Assembly (NCBI GenBank): GCA_963797765.1
Contig: CAWCQU010000004.1
Coordinates: 444,094-508,093, forward strand
DNA length: 64,000 nucleotides
Origin: an uncultured Acidobacteriota bacterium
GTDB lineage: Bacteria; Acidobacteriota; Terriglobia; Acidiferrales; UBA7541
Direction: 5' to 3'
The position numbers and the translations under genes are program-made. The notes under the pieces were generated by a model, which did no database searches, was not told where the DNA came from, and saw only the letters and a list, made by a program, of their open reading frames with translations. This document shows positions 9,900-18,836 of this stretch, one piece after another (the stretch's first letter is position 1; every line of letters begins with the position of its first letter).

Positions 9900-11054
9900 C
9901 TACAGCGCGGCTCGACGCGACACTCGCGAGTGTTCCGGCGGCTTGGGCGTATCGAGTTCGACGTTTACGCTGACTTGCGTGCCCTTGCGGACTACCCCAA
10001 TCGCCACCGTCTTCTGATCGCGCCTGCTGCGCAGCCGCTCCCGCAGTTGATTGACGGTTTTCACCTGCTGGTCGTCCACCTTGTAGATTATGTCTCCGGC
10101 CTTGATTCCTGCTTTTTCCGCGGGCGTTCCGGGCCGGACTTCGCGAACCAGAACCCCCTCGTCGCCCGGTGCGTCGAAATACGAGCCCAGTTGTCCGCTG
10201 ACGTCTTCCGCGCTGACGCCCAGTTGCGGCGTGATTCCCAATTCCACTCGTTGCATATCCAACCCCAAATCCATCTGCGGCATTTCCAGGATGAATGGCT
10301 TCACATCCTTCATCACTCGCGCCATCGGTGAAGTTCGGTTGCCCACTTCCACGGAAACTTTTTCCGTCTTGCCGCCGCGCCACACTTGCAGCTCAATCGA
10401 CCTGCCGGGCGGCGTCTCGCGCACCATACGGCGGAATTGTAGCGTTCCCTCGATGTCCTGCCGTTCGTAGGAAGCAATCACGTCATTGGCCTTCAGGCCC
10501 GCTTTCGCTGCCGGACTATCGGCTTCCACTTCCGTCACCAGCACCCCACGAATCGCAGGCAGGCTCAGTTCCTTGGCTTTCTCCGCGGTTACCTCGGAGA
10601 TTTCCACGCCCAGCCATCCGCTTTCGTCGCCCACTTCGATCCATAGTTTGTCGGCGTCCACTTTGGGGGTCAGCTGGGCAGCCATTTCCCGCGCTTGTTT
10701 TTCGATATCCTGCCGGTCGGACTGAATTTCCTGCTGTGCGCTGGCCATGGCCGCCCTCACTTCTTCAAGACGGGCAAGCCGATCCGGTTCCATCTCGCTC
10801 ACCTCCCGGGCTACCCGCCTTCGGATCTCTGCCATCTTTGACGCCAATTCGCTGGCAATGGTCTTGAGGTCATCCTCGGAAATCTGCCCTGAATTCGCGG
10901 GAGAAACTTCCGAAGGCGCCTGCGCCGCTGGATGGCTGGATGCCAAAGCCATAGCAGCGGATGTCTTGCCTTTACATTGGGCAGACGGCAACGCCCAAAG
11001 ACTCAGCGCCAGCGTGCCCGCACCTGCCAGTGCCACATATCCACGAATACGCAT
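9900..11054 (-). CDS. secreted protein with two PDZ domains and a coiled-coil, no protease domain
   Basis: Signal peptide MRIRGYVALAGAGTLALSLWALPSA, strong SD (TAGGAGG). PDZ-like segments GWLGVEISEV...GVLVTEVEADSPAAKAGLKANDVI and GVLVREVRPGTPAEKAGIKAGDIIYKV. Confidence 0.75.
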   Translation of the reverse strand: MRIRGYVALAGAGTLALSLWALPSAQCKGKTSAAMALASSHPAAQAPSEVSPANSGQISEDDLKTIASELASKMAEIRRRVAREVSEMEPDRLARLEEVRAAMASAQQEIQSDRQDIEKQAREMAAQLTPKVDADKLWIEVGDESGWLGVEISEVTAEKAKELSLPAIRGVLVTEVEADSPAAKAGLKANDVIASYERQDIEGTLQFRRMVRETPPGRSIELQVWRGGKTEKVSVEVGNRTSPMARVMKDVKPFILEMPQMDLGLDMQRVELGITPQLGVSAEDVSGQLGSYFDAPGDEGVLVREVRPGTPAEKAGIKAGDIIYKVDDQQVKTVNQLRERLRSRRDQKTVAIGVVRKGTQVSVNVELDTPKPPEHSRVSRRAAL

Positions 11055-11085
11055 TCGTGCCTCCTAAAGTTCCACATCCCAACCC

Positions 11086-11832
11086 TCAGAGGTTGGGCCT
11101 TTCCGTCACAACCCGGATTCGTCCGTTCACCGTGCGAATCGAGACCGCGCTGCCACCCGAGCCTAGTTGACCGTGAAACGAGCGCGCGTTGAACGTACCC
11201 TGCGAAACCACCGGCAATTCTGACAAAAAGTCGCCATTCATCGAACGGACATCGAGGTTGGCTTTCGCGTTCGAGGGAACCGCAAGCACCACCGATCCGT
11301 TCACAGTGGAGAGTTCCACCGGATCGCCTTCTGTCAGCCGCAACAATTCCAATCGCAAATTTCCGTTTGTTGTGTGAGCGCTAAATCGGCCCGTGCTGTT
11401 GAGCACTTCCACGTTTCCGTTCACCGAACGCAGCCAGCCGTTCCCTTCGACGCCTCGAATCAGCACGCTGCCATTGACGGTCGCCACTCCGCCCAGCAGC
11501 ACCCGATACGGCACGTGGATGTGGTATTCCACGGCCACGTCCACCCCGCTATTCTGCGGGTAACGGGTATGCACCGAGATATTGGAATTCCCGGCATCCA
11601 CTTCAATCTTCACTCGCTCCGCATCTGCCGGATCCTCGTGCGCCGTCTTTACCGCCACAATTTCCACTTCTTCCTTTTCCCAGCCGTCCACTTGTACAGA
11701 CCCGTTTACATTCTCGAGCGAGAACGATCCCCCGCGCGAAAGCGGGTACGTGTGATCAAACACCTGGTCCACCGCGAAAGCCGGCGCCGTTGCAACCAAA
11801 CCGAACATCAGGAACCACAGGATTCGTCGCAT
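11086..11832 (-). CDS. DUF4097 family protein with signal peptide
   Basis: MRRILWFLMFGLVATAPAFA after SD GAGGGGGAAG, then repetitive SVNG.V strands. The ORF track start at 11910 is too long. Confidence 0.75.
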   Translation of the reverse strand: MRRILWFLMFGLVATAPAFAVDQVFDHTYPLSRGGSFSLENVNGSVQVDGWEKEEVEIVAVKTAHEDPADAERVKIEVDAGNSNISVHTRYPQNSGVDVAVEYHIHVPYRVLLGGVATVNGSVLIRGVEGNGWLRSVNGNVEVLNSTGRFSAHTTNGNLRLELLRLTEGDPVELSTVNGSVVLAVPSNAKANLDVRSMNGDFLSELPVVSQGTFNARSFHGQLGSGGSAVSIRTVNGRIRVVTERPNL

Positions 11833-11944
11833 TGCTTCCCCCTCACCGAAGCGTTCCGACTCTTTTTGCTTCCTGGGACGCTGCAGCCGCCTGCAACATC
11901 CACGATCCATTTGAACTTATCCAACCACTTCTACTTGGCCCTTT

Positions 11945-13324
11945 CTAATCCGGCTTGTCTGGTTTGGCCGGCTTTGCAGCCGGAGCCGGAGCGGGCGTAG
12001 GTTCCGGCTTCTGTACAATGCGCATCTGAGTTTCTATCTGTTTTTGGAGGTGCTCCATCTGCTGCGTATAAATTTGCTTCTGCAGTTGCAGGCAGGTGTC
12101 GCTCAGGATCAGCCGGATGTTTCCGGCCACCGTTCGCAGTTTCAGAACTCCACCGCCTCCGTTGAGCAAGCCTTCGGCGTGCACTACGCGGGCGCCGCCT
12201 TCGCTGCCTACGTAACTGATCTTCAAGGGGAATGCCGGATCGGCGATCACATGATGCTCATCGCCCAGTTGAATTTGCGCGTCGATGGTCAGCGGCAGCC
12301 ATTTAGGCAGGTACACCACGATGTCGCCATCGCCCGATTCCAATTCCGACGCACTGGCAAGCTTGGCTTCGGGTACGAACCATGCCGTGATTCCGCCTGT
12401 GCCGGTGGAGGCGCGCACCGGGCTTTGCACTTGCGTCAAGTAGATGCTGCCGTCGCCTGTTTCGAGCTGTGTTGGTCCCGCGAGGCGCGCCACGCGAATC
12501 CCGCCTCCGCCAGTCTGCGCGCGGATTGCGCCCCAGGCTTCGCCCACTTCGATTTGCCCGCCGCTGGTGGTGGCCACAAGTCCCGCGCCTGCGTGTTCCA
12601 GGGATACGTTGCCTCCGCCGGTATCGAGCCGCGCGATTCCGCCAACGGATCCCAGGTGTATATGGCCACCGCCCGTATGCAAGACGGCATTGTGGCCGAT
12701 TTTGCCCACGCTGATGTGTCCGCCGCCGGTGCTGACGGTGAGATCGTCCGTAACGTCTTTTACATGGATATGTCCGCCGCCCGTTTCCAGCCGCGCGCTT
12801 CCGTTCACGTTTCCGATAGTGATATCGCCGCCCGCGGTGGTGAGCAAAACGTGGCCCGACGCGTCTTCCGCGTCGATCGAGCCCGCTCCGGTGTTTACTT
12901 CCAGGCTGTACTTCACCGGAACTGTCACGTCGTAGGTAATCCACAAGTGTTCGACATCTTCGCGCCGCACGGCTTTTCCGTGCATGAGCACGCCATCGGG
13001 CAAATTCGCCACCATCACCAAAAATGTTTTGTTTTCTTTGTTGTTTGCCGGGATGGCTCCGCTTTGATCGGTTTCCACACGCACGCGAAAGCTCACTTCA
13101 TTGGTCTGCTGCATGTGAATATGTACGTCGCCCAGTTCAGTCCCGAGCTTCAGCCGCTGTCCTTCGTGCGCCGCGAGCTTTCCTGTTTTTTCTTCCAGCA
13201 GGCGCCGCTGCGAATTTCCCGGATTCAGCGAGTGGAATTTCTGTTTCCCGAACGCCGCCGGGATCAGCAATCCGCCCGCCGCCAGCGCCGCCGCAATCCA
13301 TCGAATTGGCACACGTCGATTCAT
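11945..13324 (-). CDS. DUF4097-like beta-helical protein with about 10 TGGGHIHV-type repeats, a coiled-coil and a Pro/Ala/Lys-rich tail
   Basis: Repeats such as LTTAGGDITIGNV, LETGGGHIHVKDV, VSTGGGHISVGKI, LHTGGGHIHLGSV, LDTGGGNVSLEHA. Confidence 0.75.
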   Translation of the reverse strand: MNRRVPIRWIAAALAAGGLLIPAAFGKQKFHSLNPGNSQRRLLEEKTGKLAAHEGQRLKLGTELGDVHIHMQQTNEVSFRVRVETDQSGAIPANNKENKTFLVMVANLPDGVLMHGKAVRREDVEHLWITYDVTVPVKYSLEVNTGAGSIDAEDASGHVLLTTAGGDITIGNVNGSARLETGGGHIHVKDVTDDLTVSTGGGHISVGKIGHNAVLHTGGGHIHLGSVGGIARLDTGGGNVSLEHAGAGLVATTSGGQIEVGEAWGAIRAQTGGGGIRVARLAGPTQLETGDGSIYLTQVQSPVRASTGTGGITAWFVPEAKLASASELESGDGDIVVYLPKWLPLTIDAQIQLGDEHHVIADPAFPLKISYVGSEGGARVVHAEGLLNGGGGVLKLRTVAGNIRLILSDTCLQLQKQIYTQQMEHLQKQIETQMRIVQKPEPTPAPAPAAKPAKPDKPD

Positions 13325-13356
13325 GGTGCTTGGGTTAAATATCTCCGGGATTCAAT

Positions 13357-14445
13357 TCAGTACTTTTCGCGCGGGCCCAAATCGCGGATCACCGATGCGC
13401 TTTGGATGCGAATGTAGGGATTGGAATCCTTCTCCATTCGCTCACGCAGTACTTTCAACACATTGGGATCTTCGCGAAAGTCGCCTTTTTCGGCCATGGC
13501 GCGCAGCGCGTTCATCGCTTCAATGCGCACGCCGGGATTCGAATCGTCCGCCAGCGCATCGAGAAGTGTTTTGCGGACCAGGTCCTGCGGCTCGGCGCCG
13601 TTCAATGCTTCAAGAGCTTTCAACCGAACTGCGGCATTTCCATCGGTGCGAACCGCATCGCACAGGGCCTGGCGGATGTCCGGATCGTTGCCACGAGCCT
13701 TCAAGAGTTCCACGGAATCGAGCCTCACGTCGGGGCTGAATCGCTTGTTATTGCGCAGCACGTAAAGCAGCACGCGTTTCACGTCGTTGTTATCCACCGT
13801 GCCCTGCAGCACCACCGGCTGCGCAGCATTCATCTGCACTTCGATTTTCGGCGCTTCGTTTCCGCTGCCCGGCGTCCAGTTGATTCCCGAAACGTCCGCC
13901 GAGCGCAGCGCCTGTTCATCAAACGGAAGAGTTCCCGCGGGTTGGGCGGGCATGATTCCGTTTGTCACAGAAGTGGAAACCGCTGTGGCATCCGGCCCAG
14001 GGAGCGAGTTCGCCACCCGCACCTGCTGCCGCAGCAATCGTGGCGCCAGCGTGCCCACCGAAAATCCAACTAGCACAAATAAAGTAGCGCTCAGCGCCGG
14101 GTGCAGCGCAAACCATCGTCCGGGAAAAAGAGTTTCGGACCAGCGAGCCAACACACCGCGAAATCCCGTGCGCGATTCCGCGATCTCATCAATTTTTTCA
14201 TCCAGCGCGGTGCGGCAACTTGCCAGCAGATTCGCGGGTGGCTCTTCTGTCCCTGCCGTAGCCACCACTTCCAACAGTCGTTGCTCGCCAGCCAGTGAAA
14301 TATTGCACGCGCGACAGCCGGCAACGTGAGCTTCCACTTCACTCCGTTCCTCGCGCTCCAGTTCGTCCGCGGCATACAGCACAATCCGCTGCTCGAATTC
14401 CGGGCAGGGCGCGCCTGACGATATTCCTTTTAATTCTTCCGCCAT
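13357..14445 (-). CDS. anti-sigma factor (zf-HC2) with TM helix and C-terminal HEAT/PBS-lyase-like repeats
   Basis: HVAGCRAC zinc motif, TM WFALHPALSATLFVLVGFSVG, and C-terminal repeats NAAVRLKALEALNG / NPGVRIEAMNALRAM / NPYIRIQSASVIRDLG. Confidence 0.75.
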   Translation of the reverse strand: MAEELKGISSGAPCPEFEQRIVLYAADELEREERSEVEAHVAGCRACNISLAGEQRLLEVVATAGTEEPPANLLASCRTALDEKIDEIAESRTGFRGVLARWSETLFPGRWFALHPALSATLFVLVGFSVGTLAPRLLRQQVRVANSLPGPDATAVSTSVTNGIMPAQPAGTLPFDEQALRSADVSGINWTPGSGNEAPKIEVQMNAAQPVVLQGTVDNNDVKRVLLYVLRNNKRFSPDVRLDSVELLKARGNDPDIRQALCDAVRTDGNAAVRLKALEALNGAEPQDLVRKTLLDALADDSNPGVRIEAMNALRAMAEKGDFREDPNVLKVLRERMEKDSNPYIRIQSASVIRDLGPREKY

Positions 14446-14483
14446 TTCTTGTTCCTCACCTTCCCAGCGTTATCACGGCAATT

Positions 14484-15224
14484 TCAAATCATATGGTTCA
14501 GCCGCGCGCGCATTTTTCGCGTCGCGCGAAACAGCGAATTCTTTACCGTCTCTTCCGAAGTGCCGAGCATCTCGCCGATCACCCGCAGCTTCAGTCCCTG
14601 ATAGTGCTTTAATTCAAATACCGTCCGTTCGCGCGGCGAAAGCAAATCCAGCGCCTCATTGATGTGCTTCCCAATTTCCTGGCCCATCAAATGCCGCTCG
14701 GGATTGGCTCCAGCGCGCACTTCCGGCTGGCGATCGAAAAAATCCGACGTGGCATTTTCGCCGTCATCGGTTGCCGGAGCTTGATCTTCCCGCCGCGAAT
14801 TCTGCCGCCGCAAGTGATCCAGGCACACATTCGTCACGATCCGGTAGAGCCAGGTGTAAAAACTGCATTCGAAGCGAAACCGGTGCAGGTTGCGGTAAAC
14901 GCGCAGAAAACTTTCCTGGTAAATATCGCGGGCATCTTCCGATCCGCGCATCAGGTGCGAAGCCAGCCGCAACACTTCGCGGTCGTATTTGCGCACCAAT
15001 TCCTCAAACGCCACGCGGTCGCCCGCCTGGGCTTTGCGGACCAGAGCCTGTTCGTCTCCTGTGTCCAATGCCGCTGGCCGCGTACTGGCCTCGAACGCGA
15101 CGCTCATCCCTGTAGAATGCATAGCCGGTTGCGATCCGCTCGCCTTTGGAGTTCGTTCAACTGCCCTGGCGAAATCCGCCACCCCCCGGCAGCCCGCCTT
15201 TGTCGCTATCTCTGATGCTTCCAC
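14484..15224 (-). CDS. ECF sigma factor with an N-terminal extension of about 60 aa
   Basis: Region 2 (VAFEELVRKYDREVLRLASHLMRGSEDARDIYQESFLRVYRNLHRFRFECSFYTWLYRIVTNVCLDHLRRQ) and region 4 (LSPRERTVFELKHYQGLKLRVIGEMLGTSEETVKNSL). Confidence 0.8.
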   Translation of the reverse strand: MEASEIATKAGCRGVADFARAVERTPKASGSQPAMHSTGMSVAFEASTRPAALDTGDEQALVRKAQAGDRVAFEELVRKYDREVLRLASHLMRGSEDARDIYQESFLRVYRNLHRFRFECSFYTWLYRIVTNVCLDHLRRQNSRREDQAPATDDGENATSDFFDRQPEVRAGANPERHLMGQEIGKHINEALDLLSPRERTVFELKHYQGLKLRVIGEMLGTSEETVKNSLFRATRKMRARLNHMI

Positions 15225-15296
15225 AGATATAGACGCAATGCCGGGCCGGGGGTAAGCGTCCGTTTTCGGACAAAGACCGCGAACGGGACTAACCGG

Positions 15297-15557
15297 TCAA
15301 CCTTTCTCCACTTTACGCTGCTCGCTGGAATCTTGCCTGCGCTGCTGCAGATGCGCTCCCAGGCGAATTAACCCATATACCGCCACGCAGATAGCGAAAT
15401 CCAGCGCCCAGCCGCCATCAAATCGAAATCCTTCATGCTGCAGCCAGGGCGGCAAATGCGGCACGAACGAGTAATAATAAATGGCGTTCCCGATCACTAC
15501 CGCGACCAGGTATTCCAGCCATTTTCTTAGGCTCAATCCTGCCAGTTGACGCGCCAT
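15297..15557 (-). CDS. small membrane protein, hypothetical
   Basis: 86-aa ORF with two hydrophobic helices between the sigma gene and recG. Weak support. Confidence 0.3.
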   Translation of the reverse strand: MARQLAGLSLRKWLEYLVAVVIGNAIYYYSFVPHLPPWLQHEGFRFDGGWALDFAICVAVYGLIRLGAHLQQRRQDSSEQRKVEKG

Positions 15558-15757
15558 CGAGAGGTCTCGCCTGCTCCTGTTGTGCCGGTCCGCTGCTCAA
15601 ATCCCAAGTCGCCATCCGGTCGCTGGAGAATCTTTATCCAAATATAGGTCAGACGTCTAGGCCCAAGCAAACACCGTGTTCCTCGTTTCGGCGATCCTCC
15701 GGGCGATGATATAAAAGACTACGTGCGGCCGATTCTCCGTACACTCCTTTAGACACC

Positions 15758-17899
15758 GTGCCCGTTGCTCTCGACAATCCGGTAAAATATTTGAAAGGCG
15801 TGGGCCCGCAGCGCGCCGGACTGCTGATCGAACGCGGCATCGAAACTGTGGGAGCTCTGCTCAATTATTTTCCGTTTCGCTACGAAGATCGCATCCATTT
15901 CACGCCGATCAATCAGATTCAGCCGGGACAAACGGCCACGGTCTTGGCGCGCGTCACCACTAGCGGGCTATTGTCTTATCATCGCGGCCGCAGCGCGCTT
16001 TACCATCTCGCCGTACGCGACGACACCGGGTCTCTTTACGCCGTATTTTTTCACGGCGGGTACCTGGAGCGGCGCTTCAAGACTTTGCAGCGCATCGTGC
16101 TGCACGGCAAAGTGGAAATCGATCCCTACCGCCCCGCCCGACTGCAAATGATCAATCCGGAGTTTGAATTGATCGGCGATTCCACCGGCGAAGGAGAACC
16201 CGATTCCACGGAAGTGGGCCGTGTCGTTCCCATCTATGAGGCGATGGGCAGCATCGGCTCGCGCATGTTGCGCCGGATTATCTACAGCGTGCTGCAGAAT
16301 CTTTCCTCGACGATTCCCGATCCGCTCCCGGCCGAGCTGATCAAGAGATTCCAGTTTCCGTCACGCCACGATGCGCTGATGTACGTGCATTTCCCGCCGC
16401 CGGGCGCCGATCTGGAAACGCTCAATCAATTCCGCAGCCCGGCGCATCTGCGTTTGATTTTCGAGGAATTCTTTTTTTATCAACTGGGAATCGCGCTGCG
16501 CCGCCAGCAGCATCGCGAAGAAAAAGGAATCGCCTTTCGCGTGCGCGAAGACCGCATCCGCGACGCCGTAAAGCGCATTCTTCCTTTCAAGCCCACCGGA
16601 GCGCAAAAACGCGTGCTGGCGGAAATTGTTTCCGATCTCGAGCGCCCCATCCCCATGCATCGCTTGCTCGAAGGCGACGTTGGCAGCGGCAAAACGCTCG
16701 TGGCATTCGAAGCGGCGGCTATCGTCATCGAAAATGGCTATCAGGTTTCGCTGATGGCGCCCACGGAAATTCTCGCCGTGCAGCATTATCTTTCCGCCAA
16801 GCGCATCTTCGAGCCCGTCGGCTACAAAGTGGAAATCATCATCAGCGGAATGAAGCGCGCCGAAAAAGACGCGGCCATCGAGCGCGTCCGCACGGGCGAA
16901 GCGCAATTCATCGTCGGCACGCACGCCCTGATCGAGGATCCAGTGGCCTTTGCGAAGCTCGGCCTGGTGATCGTGGACGAGCAGCATCGGTTCGGCGTGC
17001 TGCAGCGCAAGCGCCTGATCGAAAAAGGCGCGTCGCCTCACGTCCTGGTGATGACGGCCACGCCGATTCCGCGCACGCTCGCGCTTACAGTGTTCGGCGA
17101 CCTGGATCTTTCCGTGATTGACGAAATGCCGCCGGGGCGCACGCCGGTGGTCACGCGCTGGACCGGCGAAGCGCAGCTTGCCGGAGTGTGGGAATTTCTG
17201 CGCCGCGAAATCGAGCACGGCCGCCAAGCCTACGTGATTTATCCGGTGATCGAAGAATCGAAACAAGAATTAAAAGCGGCCACGGCCGAATACGAGCGCC
17301 TGGCGAAATCCGTTTTTCCAAAATTCAAAGTCGGCCTGCTTCACGGCCGGCTCAAAAGCGTGGAAAAAGAATCGGTGATGGAAAGTTTCCGCGGCGGCGA
17401 AATCCAGGTGCTGGTTGCCACCACGGTGATCGAAGTGGGCGTGGACGTGCCCAACGCCACGGTGATGGTGATCGAACATGCCGACCGCTTCGGCCTGGCG
17501 CAATTGCACCAATTGCGCGGCCGCATCGGCCGCGGCACGGAAAAATCGCAGTGCATCCTGGTGGCGCCGAAAACCGTCACGGAAGATGCGCGCGAACGCC
17601 TGGAAATCATGGTAGCTACCACTAACGGTTTTGAAGTGGCCGAAAAAGATTTACAATTACGCGGTCCGGGAGAATTTTTCGGCACTCGCCAGAGCGGCGA
17701 TCTGTCGTTCCACGTGGCGCATCCCTTGCGCGACCGCGAATGGCTCGAGCAGGCGCGCCGGCGAAGCTTTCGCGCTGGCGGAAGATTCCGCGCGCGCCGG
17801 CGAGTTAAACGGCTTGATACAGTATCTTGGCCCCGGCTGGCAAAAGAGATATTTGCTCGCGGCGGTAGGGTAGGCCAGCCGCGAGGAAGACGCGGCTAG
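15758..17899 (+). CDS. recG: ATP-dependent DNA helicase RecG
   Basis: Wedge domain N-terminus (VKYLKGVGPQRAGLLIERGIETVGALLNYFPFRYEDR), helicase motifs (GDVGSGKTLVAF, DEQHRFGV, TATPIPRTL, QLHQLRGRIGRG). The last ~45 codons are Arg-rich and an alternative frame is open there (see findings). Confidence 0.9.
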   Translation: MPVALDNPVKYLKGVGPQRAGLLIERGIETVGALLNYFPFRYEDRIHFTPINQIQPGQTATVLARVTTSGLLSYHRGRSALYHLAVRDDTGSLYAVFFHGGYLERRFKTLQRIVLHGKVEIDPYRPARLQMINPEFELIGDSTGEGEPDSTEVGRVVPIYEAMGSIGSRMLRRIIYSVLQNLSSTIPDPLPAELIKRFQFPSRHDALMYVHFPPPGADLETLNQFRSPAHLRLIFEEFFFYQLGIALRRQQHREEKGIAFRVREDRIRDAVKRILPFKPTGAQKRVLAEIVSDLERPIPMHRLLEGDVGSGKTLVAFEAAAIVIENGYQVSLMAPTEILAVQHYLSAKRIFEPVGYKVEIIISGMKRAEKDAAIERVRTGEAQFIVGTHALIEDPVAFAKLGLVIVDEQHRFGVLQRKRLIEKGASPHVLVMTATPIPRTLALTVFGDLDLSVIDEMPPGRTPVVTRWTGEAQLAGVWEFLRREIEHGRQAYVIYPVIEESKQELKAATAEYERLAKSVFPKFKVGLLHGRLKSVEKESVMESFRGGEIQVLVATTVIEVGVDVPNATVMVIEHADRFGLAQLHQLRGRIGRGTEKSQCILVAPKTVTEDARERLEIMVATTNGFEVAEKDLQLRGPGEFFGTRQSGDLSFHVAHPLRDREWLEQARRRSFRAGGRFRARRRVKRLDTVSWPRLAKEIFARGGRVGQPRGRRG

Positions 17900-17926
17900 A
17901 CAGGTTGTGGAAAAATGCACTTGGAT

Positions 17927-17986
17927 GTCATTCCGAACGAAGCGCGTAGTTTGCGTCCCGATTGTTTTGATCGGGGCGAGGAATCC
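17927..17986. repeat. REP-like nested stem-loop element, copy A (outer ATTCC/GGAAT, inner CCCGAT-tgttttg-ATCGGGG, then CGAGGAA)
   Basis: Same architecture as copies at 21571-21618, 40136-40176, 50157-50195 and 47456-47489. Confidence 0.5.
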
Positions 17987-18086
17987 AGAATAAATCCCAC
18001 GTGCCTGAGATGTCGGGATTTTCTCCATGCCTCTTCTGGAATGCCATTCCATCGCGGAGCAATTCTTGAATTTTTCCGCAAACTGT

Positions 18087-18105
18087 AAAGCCGGCCCCTA
18101 CATAG
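18087..18105. repeat. 19-nt module TAAAGCCGGCCCCTACATA, matching 50186-50205 exactly and 33487-33504 closely
   Basis: An 18/19-nt identical string sits immediately upstream of rsmD. The same module follows the hairpin repeat at 50157-50195. Confidence 0.45.
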
Positions 18106-18119
18106 GCGCGAAGAAAAAG

Positions 18120-18683
18120 ATGCGCATCATCGCTGGAAAATTCGGCAGCCGCCGCCTGAAAGGTCCGGGCAAATTGCGCCTGCGTCCCACCAGCGACCGC
18201 CTGCGCGAAACAATTTTTAATATTCTGGGCCCAACGATCGAAGGCTCGCTGTTTCTGGACGTCTATGCGGGCACCGGCGCGATTGGAATCGAAGCGCTCA
18301 GCCGAGGGGCGCGGGAAGTTGTCTTCATCGAGAAGCACGCGGCGGCACTGACGCTTTTGCATTCAAATCTAGAACAGCTCGGGGTGCGCAGCGGCGTCGA
18401 AATCCTGGGACTTGACGCCTTGCGCGGCCTGGAGATTCTTGCCAAGCGACACTACCTCGCTGACCTGATCTTTCTTGATCCTCCCTATGAGCTGGGCGAC
18501 GAATACGAACTCTGCCTCGATTTTCTCGATGGCCCGCACCTGATCGCCCCCTCCGGCCTTGTGATCGTCGAACACTCTCGCCGCCGGGAAATGCCGGATC
18601 GACTCGCGCACCTCGAACGAACGCGCCTGGTTGAGCAGGGCGACGCCAATCTCAGTCTTTACCGCCTGGCACTGGCCGCATAG
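18120..18683 (+). CDS. rsmD: 16S rRNA (guanine966-N2)-methyltransferase RsmD
   Basis: MRIIAGKFGSRRL...LDVYAGTGAIGIEALSRGA...IFLDPPY. The ORF track start at 18027 is too long. Confidence 0.8.
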   Translation: MRIIAGKFGSRRLKGPGKLRLRPTSDRLRETIFNILGPTIEGSLFLDVYAGTGAIGIEALSRGAREVVFIEKHAAALTLLHSNLEQLGVRSGVEILGLDALRGLEILAKRHYLADLIFLDPPYELGDEYELCLDFLDGPHLIAPSGLVIVEHSRRREMPDRLAHLERTRLVEQGDANLSLYRLALAA

Positions 18684-18836
18684 ATCCGCCCCGTGTTGGA
18701 CCAGCCTGCCTGCCCACTCGCTCGTTTTCTTTGCCATCCGGCCGGAATTTCGCATCGGCGGCATCTTGGCTGATTCATCAATCCTCCTTTTCGCCGCGTG
18801 CATCTTCGAACCCCCGCAAGCGTATAATTTATCGTT

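Noticed and set aside
12044-13417. 457-aa plus-strand ORF opposite the DUF4097 repeat gene
   Set aside because: Antisense to the repeat-rich minus-strand gene, which has a signal peptide and consistent repeats.
16361-17266. 301-aa minus-strand ORF opposite recG
   Set aside because: Fully overlapped by the well-supported recG reading frame. Composition is Arg/His-rich nonsense.
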